64,000 nt of DNA from the NCBI GenBank assembly GCA_964629655.1, contig CAZVQU010000001.1:548056-612055 (forward strand). The letters are read 5' to 3'. This stretch comes from an uncultured Planctomycetia bacterium. Lineage in GTDB: Bacteria; Omnitrophota; Gorgyraeia; Duberdicusellales; 4484-171. The notes under the pieces are model-generated. The model had not been told where the DNA came from. It ran no database searches and saw nothing but the letters and a program-made list of their open reading frames with translations. Positions 1 through 13,790 of this stretch are shown in pieces (within the stretch, counting starts at the first letter, position 1; each line of letters starts with the position of its first letter). A program made the translations under genes and the position numbers.

Positions 1-1249
1 CTTTTTTAATCGTGTACTCAATTGTTCCTTCTAGCTCCTGGCCTAAGAATGGGGTATTGCTAGATTTAGAAGCTATATTTTCTTCTTCTACCTTCCACTT
101 CTGATCTAGATCAGCAATAACTAAATCAGCTATATAGTCTTGGGCAATTTTACCGCACTTATCTAAGCCGATGATAGCTGCCGGTTGAGTTGAAAGTTTA
201 TTAGCCAGGTCTTTTAAGCTAAGGGTTTTGTCCTTAACTAAACGATTGGTTAGAGAAAATGCCAATTCTAAACCGATAAAACCAAAAGGTGCAATCTCAA
301 ATGGTAACTCCTTCTCAGCTAGGGAGTGCGGAGCATGGTCAGTAGCAATACAATCAATTGTTCCCTCTCCCAAGGCTTTCTTTATGGCCGAAAGATCTTT
401 TTTATCTCCCAATGGCGGATTAACTTTTAAGTTTCCCGGAAAACCTTTTTTTTCTATATCATCAATAGTTAAAGTAAAGTAATGGGGGCAAGTTTCAGCA
501 GTAACTTTAACCCCTTCCGCTTTAGCCCTTTTTATTACCTTTAAGCTTCTGGCGCTACTTATATGAGCAAGGTGAATTCTAGCATCTAAATATTTAGCTA
601 ATTCGATATCGCGAGCAACAATTAAGCTCTCAGCAATATCAGGGATACCGGCGATTCCGTATTTAGATGAGATGAAACTCTCGCGCATGCTGCCTCCCCG
701 GGAGAGTTGGCTATCTTCACAGTGAGAGATAATCAGAAGGCCGAACATCTTGGCGTACTCATAGGCCCGACGCAAAACCAAAGTATCGTCTACCGGAAAA
801 CCGTCATCACTTAAAGCAAGGCACCCTGCTCTCTTCAAAGCTCCAAATTCAGTTAATTCTTTGCCAGCTCTGTTTCTGGTTATCGCTCCTACCGGATATA
901 TATCTATGAGCCCAATGCTTTGGCTCTCTTGGCTTATCCACTTAGCTAGGCCTTCATTGTCTATCGCCGGATCAGTATTAGGCATACAGAGAATTGTAGT
1001 AAAGCCTCCTTTAGCGGCGGCATTGGAACCACTTAAAAGATCTTCCTCATTTTCTCTCCCCGGAGTACGTAAGTGAGTATGCAGGTCAATAAATCCTGGA
1101 AAAACATACTTACCCTTAGCGTCTATTTCTTTATCAGCTCCTTTGATGCCTTTGCCAATACCAGCAATTTTCTCATTCTCGATGAGCAAATCAGCCTCGA
1201 TAATCTCATCGGCATTTACTAACTGAGCATTCTTTATTAAAATCTTCAT
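1..1249 (-). CDS. pyrC: Dihydroorotase (3' end runs off the window)
   Basis: Not in the ORF track. Minus-strand ATG at 1249 overlaps the pyrB stop (ATGA). Translation contains FIDLHTHLRTPG and AAAKGGFTTILCMPNT. Confidence 0.93.
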   Translation of the reverse strand, partial: MKILIKNAQLVNADEIIEADLLIENEKIAGIGKGIKGADKEIDAKGKYVFPGFIDLHTHLRTPGRENEEDLLSGSNAAAKGGFTTILCMPNTDPAIDNEGLAKWISQESQSIGLIDIYPVGAITRNRAGKELTEFGALKRAGCLALSDDGFPVDDTLVLRRAYEYAKMFGLLIISHCEDSQLSRGGSMRESFISSKYGIAGIPDIAESLIVARDIELAKYLDARIHLAHISSARSLKVIKRAKAEGVKVTAETCPHYFTLTIDDIEKKGFPGNLKVNPPLGDKKDLSAIKKALGEGTIDCIATDHAPHSLAEKELPFEIAPFGFIGLELAFSLTNRLVKDKTLSLKDLANKLSTQPAAIIGLDKCGKIAQDYIADLVIADLDQKWKVEEENIASKSSNTPFLGQELEGTIEYTIKK

Positions 1250-2187
1250 ATCTCTCTCTTCCTTGTTCCTACCAGATACAATACAGCCATTCTTATGGCT
1301 AGGCCATTCTCAGCCTGTTTCAAGATTAAAGGATGCACTCTTTCTTTTAAGGAAGAACTTATTTCAATATCCCAATTTACTGGCCCAGGATGCATAATCA
1401 AACAGTCTTTCTTTGCCTTTTTTAACCTGGCAGGGGTGAGGCCAAACCTATCTATATATTCTCTTAGAGTAGGAAAGAAAGCAGTACCTTGCCTCTCCTT
1501 TTGGATTCGAAGCATCATAATAATATCAGCTGAGGGTATCTCTTTGTCCAAATTATTAGATATTTTAATCCCTAATTTTTCGAATTCATAAGGCATGAGC
1601 GTAGTTGGCCCGCAAACAGTCACCTTGGAAGAGAATTTTTGAAACCCAAAGATGTTCGAACGAGCTACCCGAGAATGGGCTATGTCGCCGACTATTAAAA
1701 CATTCAACTTCTCCAAAGTCCCCTTAATCTCTTTTACCGTAAACATATCTAAGAGGGCTTGAGTCGGATGCTCATTGCGGCCGTCACCGGCATTTATAAG
1801 TGAGGCTTGAGTATACTTTGTAAAAGAACTCAGACAAACTCCTACTCCTATTCTCATTACCATAATATCAGGGTGATAAGACTCTAAATTCTTTATAGTA
1901 TCAATTATGGTCTCACCCTTGGTTAAGCTGCTGGTAGAAGATGAAAAGTTAACTACATCAGCGCTTAGACGCTTTGCCGCTAGCTCAAAGGAGGTTCTGG
2001 TTCGGGTTGAATGCTCAAAGAAAAAATTAACAATCGTTTTCCCCCGTAGGGCCGGGACCTTTTTAACCTCTCTCTGGGATATCTCCTTGAAAGAATCAGC
2101 CAGAGAAAGTACGGTTTCAAGCTCTTGGCGGCTGAATTCCTTAATCCCTAAAATGTGCTTTTTCTGCCACTCTTCCATCTCAATCAC
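1246..2187 (-). CDS. pyrB: Aspartate carbamoyltransferase catalytic subunit
   Basis: FFEHSTRTRTSFE, HPTQALLD and MHPGP motifs; pyr operon context. Confidence 0.97.
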   Translation of the reverse strand: MIEMEEWQKKHILGIKEFSRQELETVLSLADSFKEISQREVKKVPALRGKTIVNFFFEHSTRTRTSFELAAKRLSADVVNFSSSTSSLTKGETIIDTIKNLESYHPDIMVMRIGVGVCLSSFTKYTQASLINAGDGRNEHPTQALLDMFTVKEIKGTLEKLNVLIVGDIAHSRVARSNIFGFQKFSSKVTVCGPTTLMPYEFEKLGIKISNNLDKEIPSADIIMMLRIQKERQGTAFFPTLREYIDRFGLTPARLKKAKKDCLIMHPGPVNWDIEISSSLKERVHPLILKQAENGLAIRMAVLYLVGTRKREI

Positions 2188-2731
2188 TAGCCTTTATTAC
2201 TACTACCTCGTCAGTCTTGTCGCTTTCCTTTAGGTTCACTTCGACAACTTCTTGGCGTGAGGTAGGAATATTCTTGCCTACATAATCAGCTCTTATCGGT
2301 ACCTCTCTATATCCCCTATCTACCAAGACCAGGAACTCAACCCTCTTGGGCCTGCCAAAATCCATAATTTCATTTAAGGCTGCCCGGGCAGTCCGGCCGG
2401 TGTAAAGAACATCATCAACAAGGATTACCACCTTGTCACTTAAATCAAAAGCGAGTTTGGTCTCCTTTACTATTGGCGTAGGGCCAATAGCAGTTAGGTC
2501 ATCCCTGTAAAGAGTAATATCCAACACCCCCAAGGGAACATCTTTACCTTCTATCTCTTTTATTATCGATTGGATTCTTCTGGCTAGATAAACTCCCCGG
2601 GTTTGGATGCCGACAAGAGCTAACTCTTCAGAGGAAGAGATCTTCTCTAAAATTTGGTGAGCGAGACGATAGAGTGTTCTCTTAATGTCGTCTTGGGAGA
2701 GTATTTTCTTCTTTTCCTTGTGACTACTCAT
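2180..2731 (-). CDS. pyrR: PyrR attenuation protein / uracil phosphoribosyltransferase
   Basis: LDITLYRDD, VILVDDVLYTGRT, DRG.RE.PIRADYVGKN. Confidence 0.97.
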   Translation of the reverse strand: MSSHKEKKKILSQDDIKRTLYRLAHQILEKISSSEELALVGIQTRGVYLARRIQSIIKEIEGKDVPLGVLDITLYRDDLTAIGPTPIVKETKLAFDLSDKVVILVDDVLYTGRTARAALNEIMDFGRPKRVEFLVLVDRGYREVPIRADYVGKNIPTSRQEVVEVNLKESDKTDEVVVIKASD

Positions 2732-2770
2732 AAAAATAAAAAAACCGTTCCAGCTTTATGCTAAAACGGC
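2732..2770 (-). terminator. Attenuator terminator in the pyrR leader
   Basis: Minus strand CCGTTTTAGC-ATAAA-GCTGGAACGG followed by a T run, directly before the pyrR ATG. Confidence 0.8.
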
Positions 2771-2806
2771 CCACTTTTTGAGATTCTTTAAAGTTTCTCA
2801 TAATAT

Positions 2807-2841
2807 GTCCTTGTCGGCCTCACTGGACCGACTTAAAGGCT
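2807..2841 (-). promoter_or_regulatory. PyrR-binding RNA stem-loop
   Basis: Minus strand GCCTTTAAGTCGGTCCAGTGAGGCCGACAAGGAC matches the CUUUAA...UCCAGNGAGG PyrR loop consensus. A TTGACA promoter lies upstream (2871-2876). Confidence 0.85.
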
Positions 2842-2964
2842 ACATAATATATACCTTATCTGAGATATTTTGTCAAGACAAATCTACGAAAGTAGATCTG
2901 TCTTTATCCTGAGGCTGCCAAGCTGAAGGATCTTATCGTTAAAACCCTTATTTTGCAGGCTCTT

Positions 2965-3639
2965 TTACCCTTTACCCTTGCGGTTATCTATAGCTATAAC
3001 AAACTCGCCCTTGGGTTGTTTTTTGCTAAAATGGCCGATAGCCTCATCTACCCCGACCTCAAGAACCTCTTCGAACTTCTTGGTCATCTCGCGAGCAATA
3101 ACTACCCGGACCTTGCCCAAAACCTCTCCTATCAATTTCAATGATTTTAGAATCCGGTAAGGAGATTCAAAAAAAACCAGAGCGAGATCCCATTCTTTTA
3201 CTCTTTCTAGTAATTTTTTCTGAGCGCTTCCTTTGCGCGGCATATAGCCTAGGAAAACAAACTTGTCATGTGGTATTGAAGACAAAGCTAAACAATTAAT
3301 AATACTGCTCGGTCCAGGCAAAGAGGTAACCGGGATGTCTTCTTCTCTACAAGCCCTTATTAATTTATACCCCGGGTCTGATATGGTTGGCGTGCCGGCG
3401 CTTGAAACCAGGGCGATATCTTTTCCTTTTTTTAGCTCCTCGATAACCAAAGGTATTTTTCTTATCTCGTTGTGCTCATAGAAACTAACTAAATCCTTTT
3501 TTATATTCAAGCGCTTTAGGAGCATTCCGGTCTTTCTGGTATCTTCAGCTAAGACGAGACTAACCTCTGCTAAAACCCGGCAAGCCCGCACGGTAATATC
3601 TTCTAAATTCCCAATAGGAGTAGCGACTATATATAGCAT
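2965..3639 (-). CDS. rsmI: 16S rRNA (cytidine1402-2'-O)-methyltransferase
   Basis: LYIVATPIGNLEDIT, AEDTR, GTPTISDPG, FFESPYR, AREMTKKFEE. Confidence 0.96.
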   Translation of the reverse strand: MLYIVATPIGNLEDITVRACRVLAEVSLVLAEDTRKTGMLLKRLNIKKDLVSFYEHNEIRKIPLVIEELKKGKDIALVSSAGTPTISDPGYKLIRACREEDIPVTSLPGPSSIINCLALSSIPHDKFVFLGYMPRKGSAQKKLLERVKEWDLALVFFESPYRILKSLKLIGEVLGKVRVVIAREMTKKFEEVLEVGVDEAIGHFSKKQPKGEFVIAIDNRKGKG

Positions 3640-3654
3640 TTTGTTTTGTGTTTA

Positions 3655-5484
3655 TTATTCTACGGTAACTGACTTTGCAAGATTTCGTGGTTGGTCTATT
3701 TCGCAGCCTCTATTCTTAGCCACAAAGTAAGCAAATAGCTGTAGACTTACCGCTACCAGAAAAGGGCTTAGGTCTTGATTTATAATTTTAGGAATGTAGA
3801 TTATCTGATGGCTTAAAGTGCTTGCCTCTTTGTCTCCCGCATTAAGTACTGTCAAGACCTTACCTTTTCTCGCCTTTACCTCTTGTATATTAGCAACCAT
3901 CTTCTCGTAGAGTGAGCCCCTGGGAGCAATGCAGACGACTGCCCGATACTCGTCGATTAAAGCAATCGGCCCATGCTTCATTTCGCCGGCTGGATAACCT
4001 TCGGCGGGGATGTAAGAAATCTCTTTTAGCTTTAAAGCCCCTTCTAAGGCTGAAGGGTAATTTATGCCCCGGCCCAAGAATAAAAACGAACCGAACCTTG
4101 AGAACTTATTAGCAATTCTCTTGACCTTTGGACTAGTATTTAAAATCTCTTGGAGATACTGCGGGGTTTTCTTTAAACCGCTTAAGGTCTCTTGGATCTC
4201 TCCTCTCCTCATTGCCTTACTTAACTTAGCTAAGTAGAGAGAGAATAGATAGAGACAAAAAACTTGAGCAGTGTAAGCTTTAGTTGAAGCAACACCAATT
4301 TCGGGACCGGCTAAGGTAGAAATAACGCTATCGCTCTCTTTAACTAAACTTGAGCCCAGAACATTGCAGATACTTAATATCTTTGCCCCAGATTTCTTAG
4401 CTTCTCTCACTGCCGCTAAAGTATCCGCTGTCTCCCCGGATTGAGAAATGGCTAAAAGCAGATCCTCCTTTCTTATTTTAAGTCTTCGGTAGCGAAATTC
4501 TGAAGAAGTATCTATCTCAACATCTATATCGCAATACTTCTCAAGGAAATACTTAGCTATATAGCCGGCATGATAAGCGGTCCCACAGGCAGTTATGAAA
4601 ACTTTTTTTATCTTTTTTAGATAGTTATCGGAAAGCTTAAAGCCGGGAAAGTGCACCCTCGAGCCTTTACAATACAAAGAGAGAATCTTTCGCAAAACCG
4701 CCGGTTGCTCGAAAATCTCTTTGAGCATAAAGTGCTCATATCCTTTTTTCTCTGCTTCCTCTAGCTTTACCGTAACATTTTCTACCTTTGGCCTTAATAC
4801 TTTTTTCTGAAAATCAAATACTCTCACCCTCCCCTTCTCAAGAACCGCTAGTTCTTGATCTTTTAGATAAATAACTTTCTTGGTAAAGGAGAGTAAGGCC
4901 GGAATATCTGAGGCTAAGAAATTGCCTTCCTTGCTTAAACCAACAATCAAGGGGCTGGCTTTTCTAACAGCAACAAGTTTATCGGGCTCATCAACAGAAA
5001 CTACTCCCAAGGCGAATGACCCTTCTAGCTTGCTTATTGCTTTAAGAACAGCGTCTTCGAGAGATTTCTTATAAAACTTTTCGATTAAATGGACTACGAC
5101 CTCGGTATCGGTTTCACTTAGAAACTTATACCCCTCTTTAACTAGTTGCTCCTTTAAGGGAAGAAAGTTTTCAATGATTCCGTTATGGACAATAGCAATT
5201 CTTTTTTTGGAATCTAGATGCGGGTGGGCATTAGTCTTGTTCGGCCTACCATGAGTTGCCCAACGAGTATGCAAGATGCCAAGAGATGTCTTTGCGTCTA
5301 GCTTACCTCTTAGCTCCTCTTTCAGCTTCTGAATCTTACCGAATCGTTTCTTTAAAAAAAGTTTCTGCCTGTCTATCGCAGCGACTCCACAAGAGTCATA
5401 CCCTCTATACTCTAGCCGCGATAAACCCTCAACCAGCAAAGAGAATGATATTCCTTTGCCTACGTACCCAAAAATCCCACACAT
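3655..5484 (-). CDS. glmS: Glutamine--fructose-6-phosphate aminotransferase
   Basis: N-terminal MCGIFG, HTRWATHG, SQSGETADT, C-terminal PRNLAKSVTVE. Confidence 0.98.
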   Translation of the reverse strand: MCGIFGYVGKGISFSLLVEGLSRLEYRGYDSCGVAAIDRQKLFLKKRFGKIQKLKEELRGKLDAKTSLGILHTRWATHGRPNKTNAHPHLDSKKRIAIVHNGIIENFLPLKEQLVKEGYKFLSETDTEVVVHLIEKFYKKSLEDAVLKAISKLEGSFALGVVSVDEPDKLVAVRKASPLIVGLSKEGNFLASDIPALLSFTKKVIYLKDQELAVLEKGRVRVFDFQKKVLRPKVENVTVKLEEAEKKGYEHFMLKEIFEQPAVLRKILSLYCKGSRVHFPGFKLSDNYLKKIKKVFITACGTAYHAGYIAKYFLEKYCDIDVEIDTSSEFRYRRLKIRKEDLLLAISQSGETADTLAAVREAKKSGAKILSICNVLGSSLVKESDSVISTLAGPEIGVASTKAYTAQVFCLYLFSLYLAKLSKAMRRGEIQETLSGLKKTPQYLQEILNTSPKVKRIANKFSRFGSFLFLGRGINYPSALEGALKLKEISYIPAEGYPAGEMKHGPIALIDEYRAVVCIAPRGSLYEKMVANIQEVKARKGKVLTVLNAGDKEASTLSHQIIYIPKIINQDLSPFLVAVSLQLFAYFVAKNRGCEIDQPRNLAKSVTVE

Positions 5485-5960
5485 TATTTCTTCTCCTCTG
5501 CCTCTTTCTTTTTCCGAGGAAGAACAAACAGCTTCTCAACATCTTTGTTGGTAAGATAAAGAATGAGTACGCCCGGATATATTATCTGCAAAAGGGCACT
5601 ATTAATTAATGAAGACTGAAATAAGACTGATATCGCGGCTAAGATAACCAAAAAGAAAGAAAAGTAAAGAGTAAGGCGGCGACCCCACTCTTTGCGGTTC
5701 AGGATTCCCCATCCTGAAGCCAGGAATATTCCGGCTAAAATTATTTGTGATAAGATAACTGACTTAAATTGCCCCATAGTTAGAGTTTTATCGGGGAGGT
5801 GTTTACTAAACTCATCCAAAAGAGCTTTGCCGGTCTCAGAAGTTGGATCACTGTAAACAAGAAAGAAAAACCCTAGAGAGAGAACTCCGAGTATAACAAA
5901 GTTAAACCCCCCCAAAATTAATATACCTAAAGGTTTCTTCTTTCCTTGCGTCTCTTGCAT
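5484..5960 (-). CDS. Hypothetical membrane protein (about 4 TM)
   Basis: Four hydrophobic stretches; stop codon overlaps the glmS start. Confidence 0.75.
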   Translation of the reverse strand: MQETQGKKKPLGILILGGFNFVILGVLSLGFFFLVYSDPTSETGKALLDEFSKHLPDKTLTMGQFKSVILSQIILAGIFLASGWGILNRKEWGRRLTLYFSFFLVILAAISVLFQSSLINSALLQIIYPGVLILYLTNKDVEKLFVLPRKKKEAEEKK

Positions 5961-5988
5961 TTCTTAGGCCCCTATAAAAATAAAAAAG

Positions 5989-6063
5989 CGACCCCAGCCG
6001 GATTTGAACCGGCGCCGTCGCCGTGAAAGGGCGATGTCCTGGACCGGGCTAGACGATGGGGTC
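5989..6063 (-). tRNA. tRNA-Glu(TTC)
   Basis: Acceptor GACCCCA/TGGGGTC, anticodon arm TCGCC-CTTTCAC-GGCGA, T loop TTCAAAT; no encoded CCA. Confidence 0.95.
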
Positions 6064-6158
6064 GAAAGTGTTTCTATTTTAGATTATACAGTTAATTTGT
6101 CAATAAACTTTCTCGGGTCGCTAACCACGCTACTAATCAACATCTAACAGGCTACCCT

Positions 6159-8600
6159 CTACTCTTCGGGAACAATTCTAGCGATAGTTGAAAGTTTATC
6201 GCCTTTCTCCAGATTGATTATCCTGACCCCTTGGGTTGAACGGCCGGAAACTCGTATATCCTGGACTTTTGTCCGGATAAGAATTCCCTTCTGGGTAATA
6301 CACATTACTTCATCATCCGCTCTAACCAAAACTAAAGCCCTTACCTCTCCTATCTTGGAAGAGAGTTTTATGTTGATTACTCCCTTACCGCCCCTGGATT
6401 GCAAACGGTACTCTTGGACCAGGGTTCTTTTAGCAAACCCATTTTCAGTAGCTGTAAGAAGATAGAAGTCTTCCTTTTTGAGTGCTGCCTTAACCAAAAC
6501 CATCTCTAAGGCGATGTCTTTTTTAGATAGCCTTATGCCTCTGACGCCTTGCGATTGTCTACCAGTAGGCCTTATATCGCTACTCTTAAATTTTATTGAG
6601 ATACCTCCTTGGGTAGCTAAGATAACTTCTTCTTCTCCACCGCAGATTCCAGCGCCGACAAGATTGTCGTCTTTGCCTAAACTAATAGCAAATATTCCGC
6701 CCTTGCGCATGTTCGAGAATAGCCCTAAGGATGTTCTTTTAACCATACCTTCTTGGGTGGCCATGAAGATAAATTTCTCAGGGTCGAATTCCGATATAGA
6801 TAAGACTGTAGTAATTCTCTCTTTACCGGAGAGACTTAAGAGATTAACAATGGCTCTGCCTTTGGAAGTTCGGGATCCGGTAGGAACTTCATAGGTCTTA
6901 AAAGGATAGATCTTGCCTTGGTTAGTAAAGAATAAAAGAGTATCTTTGCTTGAGGCAACAAAAAGATGTTCAACGAAGTCCTCTTCGGCAGTAGCCATGG
7001 CAGTAACTCCTCTGCCACCTCTTTTTTGTTGCCGGTAGGTAACCAGAGGCATTCTCTTGATATAGCCTGAACCGGTTATACTGATAACCATATCCTCTTC
7101 AATGATCAAATCTTCAACTTCTATTTCCTCTTTTTGAGCTACGATTTCTGTGCGCCGAGGGTCAGCAAACTTCTCTTTTATCTCTTTTAATTCTTCCTTT
7201 ATTAAAGCTTCTTGCTTCTTCTCTGAAGCCAGTATGCCTTTTAAAATCTCTATTTGCTTTAAGAGCTCTAAATACTCCTGGTCTATTTTTTTCCTCTCCA
7301 AGGCGCAAAGCCTCTGTAGTTGCATCTCTAAAATTGCTTGGGCCTGGACATCAGTGAGCTTGAACTTCTTTATCAAGGCTAGCTTTGCCTCTTGGGGATT
7401 CTTAGATTTTTTAATTGTCTCGATTACCCTATCAAGAAACTTTAAGGCTATTTTTAAACCTTCTAAGATGTGGGCCCTTTTTTCAGCCTTATCGAGTTCG
7501 AACTTACTCCTTTTTACGATAACTTCTTTGCGGAAATGAATATGGTGGAAGAGCATTTCTTTTAGATCCAAAGTCTGGGGTTTACGGTTTACTAAGCATA
7601 AGAAGATTGCCCCAAAAGTTGTCTCCATGCTAGTATGCTTATGAAGACGGTTTAAAATTATATCAGCTTGTGCATCACGCTTAAGCTCTAAAACTATTCT
7701 TATACCCTCTTTGTCTGACTCATCACGAAGATCAGAAATTCCTTCCACCCTCTTGTCAGTAATAAGCTTTGCTATCTGCTCCATAAGGGTAGTTTTGTTT
7801 AGCTGATAAGGAATTTCGGTAATGATAATTTGGCTCTTGTTCTTTTCGCGCTCAATTGTTGTCTTGGCTCTAACCGTAAGCTTACCTCTGCCCTCTTTAT
7901 ACATATCTAAGATATTGGTTCTTCCGCAGATTATTCCGCCAGTAGGAAAATCCGGCCCCTTAACATATTTGTAGAGATCTTTCACTGAAGCCTTGGGGTT
8001 ATCTATCAAATAATCTAAAGCATCGCAGACCTCTCCTAAATTATGCGGCGGGATGTTGGTTGCCATTCCGACAGCAATACCGCTTGCACCATTCATCAAC
8101 ATGTTTGGCAGCACTGATGGCAATACTTCCGGTTCGGTTAAAGAGTTGTCGAAATTAGGGAAGAAATTAACTGTCTTCTTGTCAATATCTTGAAGGATAT
8201 ACTCGGTTATCCGAGACATCCGGGCTTCAGAATAACGCATGGCTGCCGGCGGGTCTCCGTCGATAGATCCAAAGTTACCTTGACCATTTATCAAAGGATA
8301 GCGCAGAGAGAAATCCTGAGCCATTCTAACTAAGGCTTCATAAACCGCACTGTCACCATGAGGATGGTATTTACCTAAACATTCACCAACTATTCTTGCA
8401 CATTTTTTATGAGGTTGGTTGTAGCGCAGATGCAGATCCTGCATAGCATAGAGAATTCTTCTCTGTACTGGTTTTAGACCGTCTCTAATGTCCGGTAGGG
8501 CTCTGCCGACGATTACGCTCATCGCATAAGAGAGGTAAGATTCTTTCATCTCCTCTTCTAAATACCTATCGATGATTTTTTCTTTAAATCTTTCGTCCAT
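6159..8600 (-). CDS. gyrA: DNA gyrase subunit A
   Basis: [29 protein letters not shown], GyrA-box QKRGGRG and C-terminal beta-pinwheel repeats. Confidence 0.98.
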   Translation of the reverse strand: MDERFKEKIIDRYLEEEMKESYLSYAMSVIVGRALPDIRDGLKPVQRRILYAMQDLHLRYNQPHKKCARIVGECLGKYHPHGDSAVYEALVRMAQDFSLRYPLINGQGNFGSIDGDPPAAMRYSEARMSRITEYILQDIDKKTVNFFPNFDNSLTEPEVLPSVLPNMLMNGASGIAVGMATNIPPHNLGEVCDALDYLIDNPKASVKDLYKYVKGPDFPTGGIICGRTNILDMYKEGRGKLTVRAKTTIEREKNKSQIIITEIPYQLNKTTLMEQIAKLITDKRVEGISDLRDESDKEGIRIVLELKRDAQADIILNRLHKHTSMETTFGAIFLCLVNRKPQTLDLKEMLFHHIHFRKEVIVKRSKFELDKAEKRAHILEGLKIALKFLDRVIETIKKSKNPQEAKLALIKKFKLTDVQAQAILEMQLQRLCALERKKIDQEYLELLKQIEILKGILASEKKQEALIKEELKEIKEKFADPRRTEIVAQKEEIEVEDLIIEEDMVISITGSGYIKRMPLVTYRQQKRGGRGVTAMATAEEDFVEHLFVASSKDTLLFFTNQGKIYPFKTYEVPTGSRTSKGRAIVNLLSLSGKERITTVLSISEFDPEKFIFMATQEGMVKRTSLGLFSNMRKGGIFAISLGKDDNLVGAGICGGEEEVILATQGGISIKFKSSDIRPTGRQSQGVRGIRLSKKDIALEMVLVKAALKKEDFYLLTATENGFAKRTLVQEYRLQSRGGKGVINIKLSSKIGEVRALVLVRADDEVMCITQKGILIRTKVQDIRVSGRSTQGVRIINLEKGDKLSTIARIVPEE

Positions 8601-8617
8601 TATCTATATCTTTTTGG

Positions 8618-11247
<2,630 letters not shown>

Positions 11248-11253
11248 AGCTAA

Positions 11254-12351
11254 TTATGGTTTCATTGGAAGGAGAAGGTATATATACCCCTCTTTTCTCA
11301 ATACGGCTGGCTTATCAGCACCAAAAAAATCAATACAAACCTCTTCGTCGCCCAAATTCTTTAGGGCATCTATTAAATAGTTAGGGTTAAACCCTATCTC
11401 AAGGTGGGCCCCGCTATAATGAACATCTACTGTTTCTCTCACCTCTCCCAATTGAGGTGTGTTTTTGTAGATATTTATATGGTCTTTTTTTAGCTCTAGT
11501 TTTACTCCCTGATGGTCAGTTGTTGAGAGCAAACTAGCCCTCTTCAAAGCAAAGAGTAGTTTTTTCCTCTCAACCACAAGTTTATCTTTACCTTCCTTAG
11601 GGATATATTGTGAGTAATCCGGAAATTCTCCTTCTATCGGCCGGGCAATAAAGTGGGTGTCTTTAAAGTCAAAACCAACCCTGTTGCCTTCCACAGATAG
11701 GTAAGCCTCTTCCACCTTGTCCTTTATTAGTTTTTGCAATTCGTTTACGGCTTTAATCGGAAGGATAAAGGATATTTTTGAGGTTAGCTCTGGTTGTTTG
11801 GGGGGCAGCTTCTTCTGAGCAAACGATAGCCTCTTGCCGTCAGTAGAAATTAACTTTATCTTGCTCTGGTCTATCTCAAAAAGGATGCCTCCTAAAACAT
11901 AGCTAGAATCTTCGTGCCCGACGCAGAACGAGGTTAGCTTAATCATTTCTTCCAATTCTTGAGGGTCTACCTTTATTAAAGATACCCCCCCTTTCTCTTC
12001 GATTTTGGGGAATTCCTCAGCATTTAGAGTGCTCACCTTAAACTCAATTTTTTCACATCTTATCAAGAGGTTGTTTTTGACTTTTTCAATGGTTATTTTC
12101 TCTGGTGGGAGCTCCCGGATAATTGAGAAAAATTTCTTCATTGGGATGGCTACTTCCCCTGGCTCGATTTCTCCAAGCCCTTGTAAAGATATTGTGGTTA
12201 TGTCTAAATCGGTGGTGGTAAATTTTAAATTATTTTTTGTAGCAGTTAGAAGAACACTGCTTAACATAGGAAAGTTCTGCTTGGTTGTTGTTGGTCCCAA
12301 CACCTTCTGTAGATTCTCTACTAATATATCTTTATTAATAATAAACTTCAT
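11254..12351 (-). CDS. dnaN: DNA polymerase III beta sliding clamp
   Basis: 365 aa, STDGKRLS, EGEFPDY, IGFNPNYLID, C-terminal LLPM; follows dnaA. Confidence 0.96.
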   Translation of the reverse strand: MKFIINKDILVENLQKVLGPTTTKQNFPMLSSVLLTATKNNLKFTTTDLDITTISLQGLGEIEPGEVAIPMKKFFSIIRELPPEKITIEKVKNNLLIRCEKIEFKVSTLNAEEFPKIEEKGGVSLIKVDPQELEEMIKLTSFCVGHEDSSYVLGGILFEIDQSKIKLISTDGKRLSFAQKKLPPKQPELTSKISFILPIKAVNELQKLIKDKVEEAYLSVEGNRVGFDFKDTHFIARPIEGEFPDYSQYIPKEGKDKLVVERKKLLFALKRASLLSTTDHQGVKLELKKDHINIYKNTPQLGEVRETVDVHYSGAHLEIGFNPNYLIDALKNLGDEEVCIDFFGADKPAVLRKEGYIYLLLPMKP

Positions 12352-12438
12352 AGTAGTAATAGTAGTATACTCTGTGAATTCTGTTGAGAGGCCACTATTG
12401 TATCAAAACCAAAGACAAAAACAAACAATTTATTCACA
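12351..12438. promoter_or_regulatory. oriC unwinding region: DnaA-trios plus DnaA boxes
   Basis: TAGTAGTAATAGTAGTAT trio run (12351-12368), adjacent box TGTGAATTC (12373-12381) and TTATTCACA (12430-12438), between dnaA and dnaN. Confidence 0.75.
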
Positions 12439-12446
12439 AAAATTCT

Positions 12447-13781
12447 TTATAAGTTCTTAATTTCCTGTGTAAGGGTGTTAACAGCTAATTTTAACTTAAC
12501 ATTCGCTTTTAAATCTTGGCGGATCTTCTTGCATGCGTAAAGAATAGTTGTATGGTGCTTAGCCCCGAAGAAGCCACCGATTTCAGGTAATGATAATTCC
12601 GTTAGCTCTCGGATTAGGTACATTGCTATTTGACGCGGCATAACCAGGGCCTTGTTTCTTTTCTTTTTCTTCAACTCCTCTCTGGATATCCCAAAGTGGT
12701 CCCCGACCCTAGATAAAATAGTCTCAGGGGTTATCCGCCGGTAGATCTCTTTTACCATATCTTTTAGAATATCTTTTGCTAGCTCTAAGCTAATCGGCTT
12801 ATTCTCTATAAGCGAGTAAGCAATGATCCTGACCAAGGCCCCCTCTAGCTCCCGGATGTTAGTGGTAATGTTTTCAGCAATAAAGTGAATAACGTCAGAG
12901 TCTATTTTGATTGGGTCCTTTTCCAGCTTCTTCTGTAAGATTGCCACCCTAGTTTCAAAGTCAGGAAGCTGGATGTCCACCACCAGACCCCAATTAAACC
13001 GGGAAGCCAGCCTTTCTTCAAGCTTAGCAATCTCTTTTGGCGGTTTATCCGAGGAGACGATAATCTGCTTATGGTGGTCGTATAAGACATTAAAGGTATG
13101 GAAAAATTCTTCTTGAGCAGCTTCCTTACCGGCAAGGAATTGGACATCGTCTATTAAGAGCACATCAATCTCTCTATACTTCTGGCGGAATTTTTCAGTG
13201 GAACGGTTGCGAATGGAAAAAATAAGTTCGTTAGTAAACTTTTCTGAGGAGGTGTACTTTACTTTCACTTGCTGGCCGCGAGAAAGAATCTGGTGAGCGA
13301 TTGCCTGCATAAGGTGGGTTTTGCCTAACCCCACTCCTCCATAAATAAAAAGAGGGTTGTACGATTTTCCGGGAGCGTTGGAGACAGCCAAAGAAGCAGC
13401 ATGGGCCATTCGGTTAGAAGCGCCCTCAATAAAATTATCAAAAGTAAAGCGAGGGTTCAGGCGCAGAGAGTCTTGGGGCTCTTCGCGGAAACTCTTTTGG
13501 ATTGTTTTAAAAACTTTGTTAGCTTTTCTTTTTAAGAGACTAGGGTTTACATCAAAGATAACTTCGAAGTCTCTCTGGGTAACGTCATTTAAGGCTTGCT
13601 TTATCTGAGGAAGGTGGCGGCTTTCAACCCAGTTTTTAAAAAAACTATCCGGTGCCTCCAGGACCAAAGATGAGTGGCTTATCTTTTTTAGGTTCAAGGG
13701 TGCGATCCAAGTATCGAAGGAGGTGTCACCTAAGATATTCTTAAGTTTCTCTTTGCAGGTTTGCCAAATTTGTTCTGCCAT
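12447..13781 (-). CDS. dnaA: Chromosomal replication initiator DnaA
   Basis: YNPLFIYGGVGLGKTHL, LLIDDVQFL, NIRELEGAL and domain IV HTH (SLPEIGGFFGAKHHTTILYA). Confidence 0.98.
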   Translation of the reverse strand: MAEQIWQTCKEKLKNILGDTSFDTWIAPLNLKKISHSSLVLEAPDSFFKNWVESRHLPQIKQALNDVTQRDFEVIFDVNPSLLKRKANKVFKTIQKSFREEPQDSLRLNPRFTFDNFIEGASNRMAHAASLAVSNAPGKSYNPLFIYGGVGLGKTHLMQAIAHQILSRGQQVKVKYTSSEKFTNELIFSIRNRSTEKFRQKYREIDVLLIDDVQFLAGKEAAQEEFFHTFNVLYDHHKQIIVSSDKPPKEIAKLEERLASRFNWGLVVDIQLPDFETRVAILQKKLEKDPIKIDSDVIHFIAENITTNIRELEGALVRIIAYSLIENKPISLELAKDILKDMVKEIYRRITPETILSRVGDHFGISREELKKKKRNKALVMPRQIAMYLIRELTELSLPEIGGFFGAKHHTTILYACKKIRQDLKANVKLKLAVNTLTQEIKNL

Positions 13782-13790
13782 TTTAAAGCT

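Noticed and set aside
2882-2933. Hairpin ATCTAC-GAAA-GTAGAT and ATCCTGAG...GAAGGATCT as a REP-like repeat
   Set aside because: It is a single degenerate copy in the window and cannot be supported without genome-wide counts.
5484-5990. glmS ribozyme upstream of glmS
   Set aside because: The glmS start overlaps the upstream gene's stop, leaving no leader.
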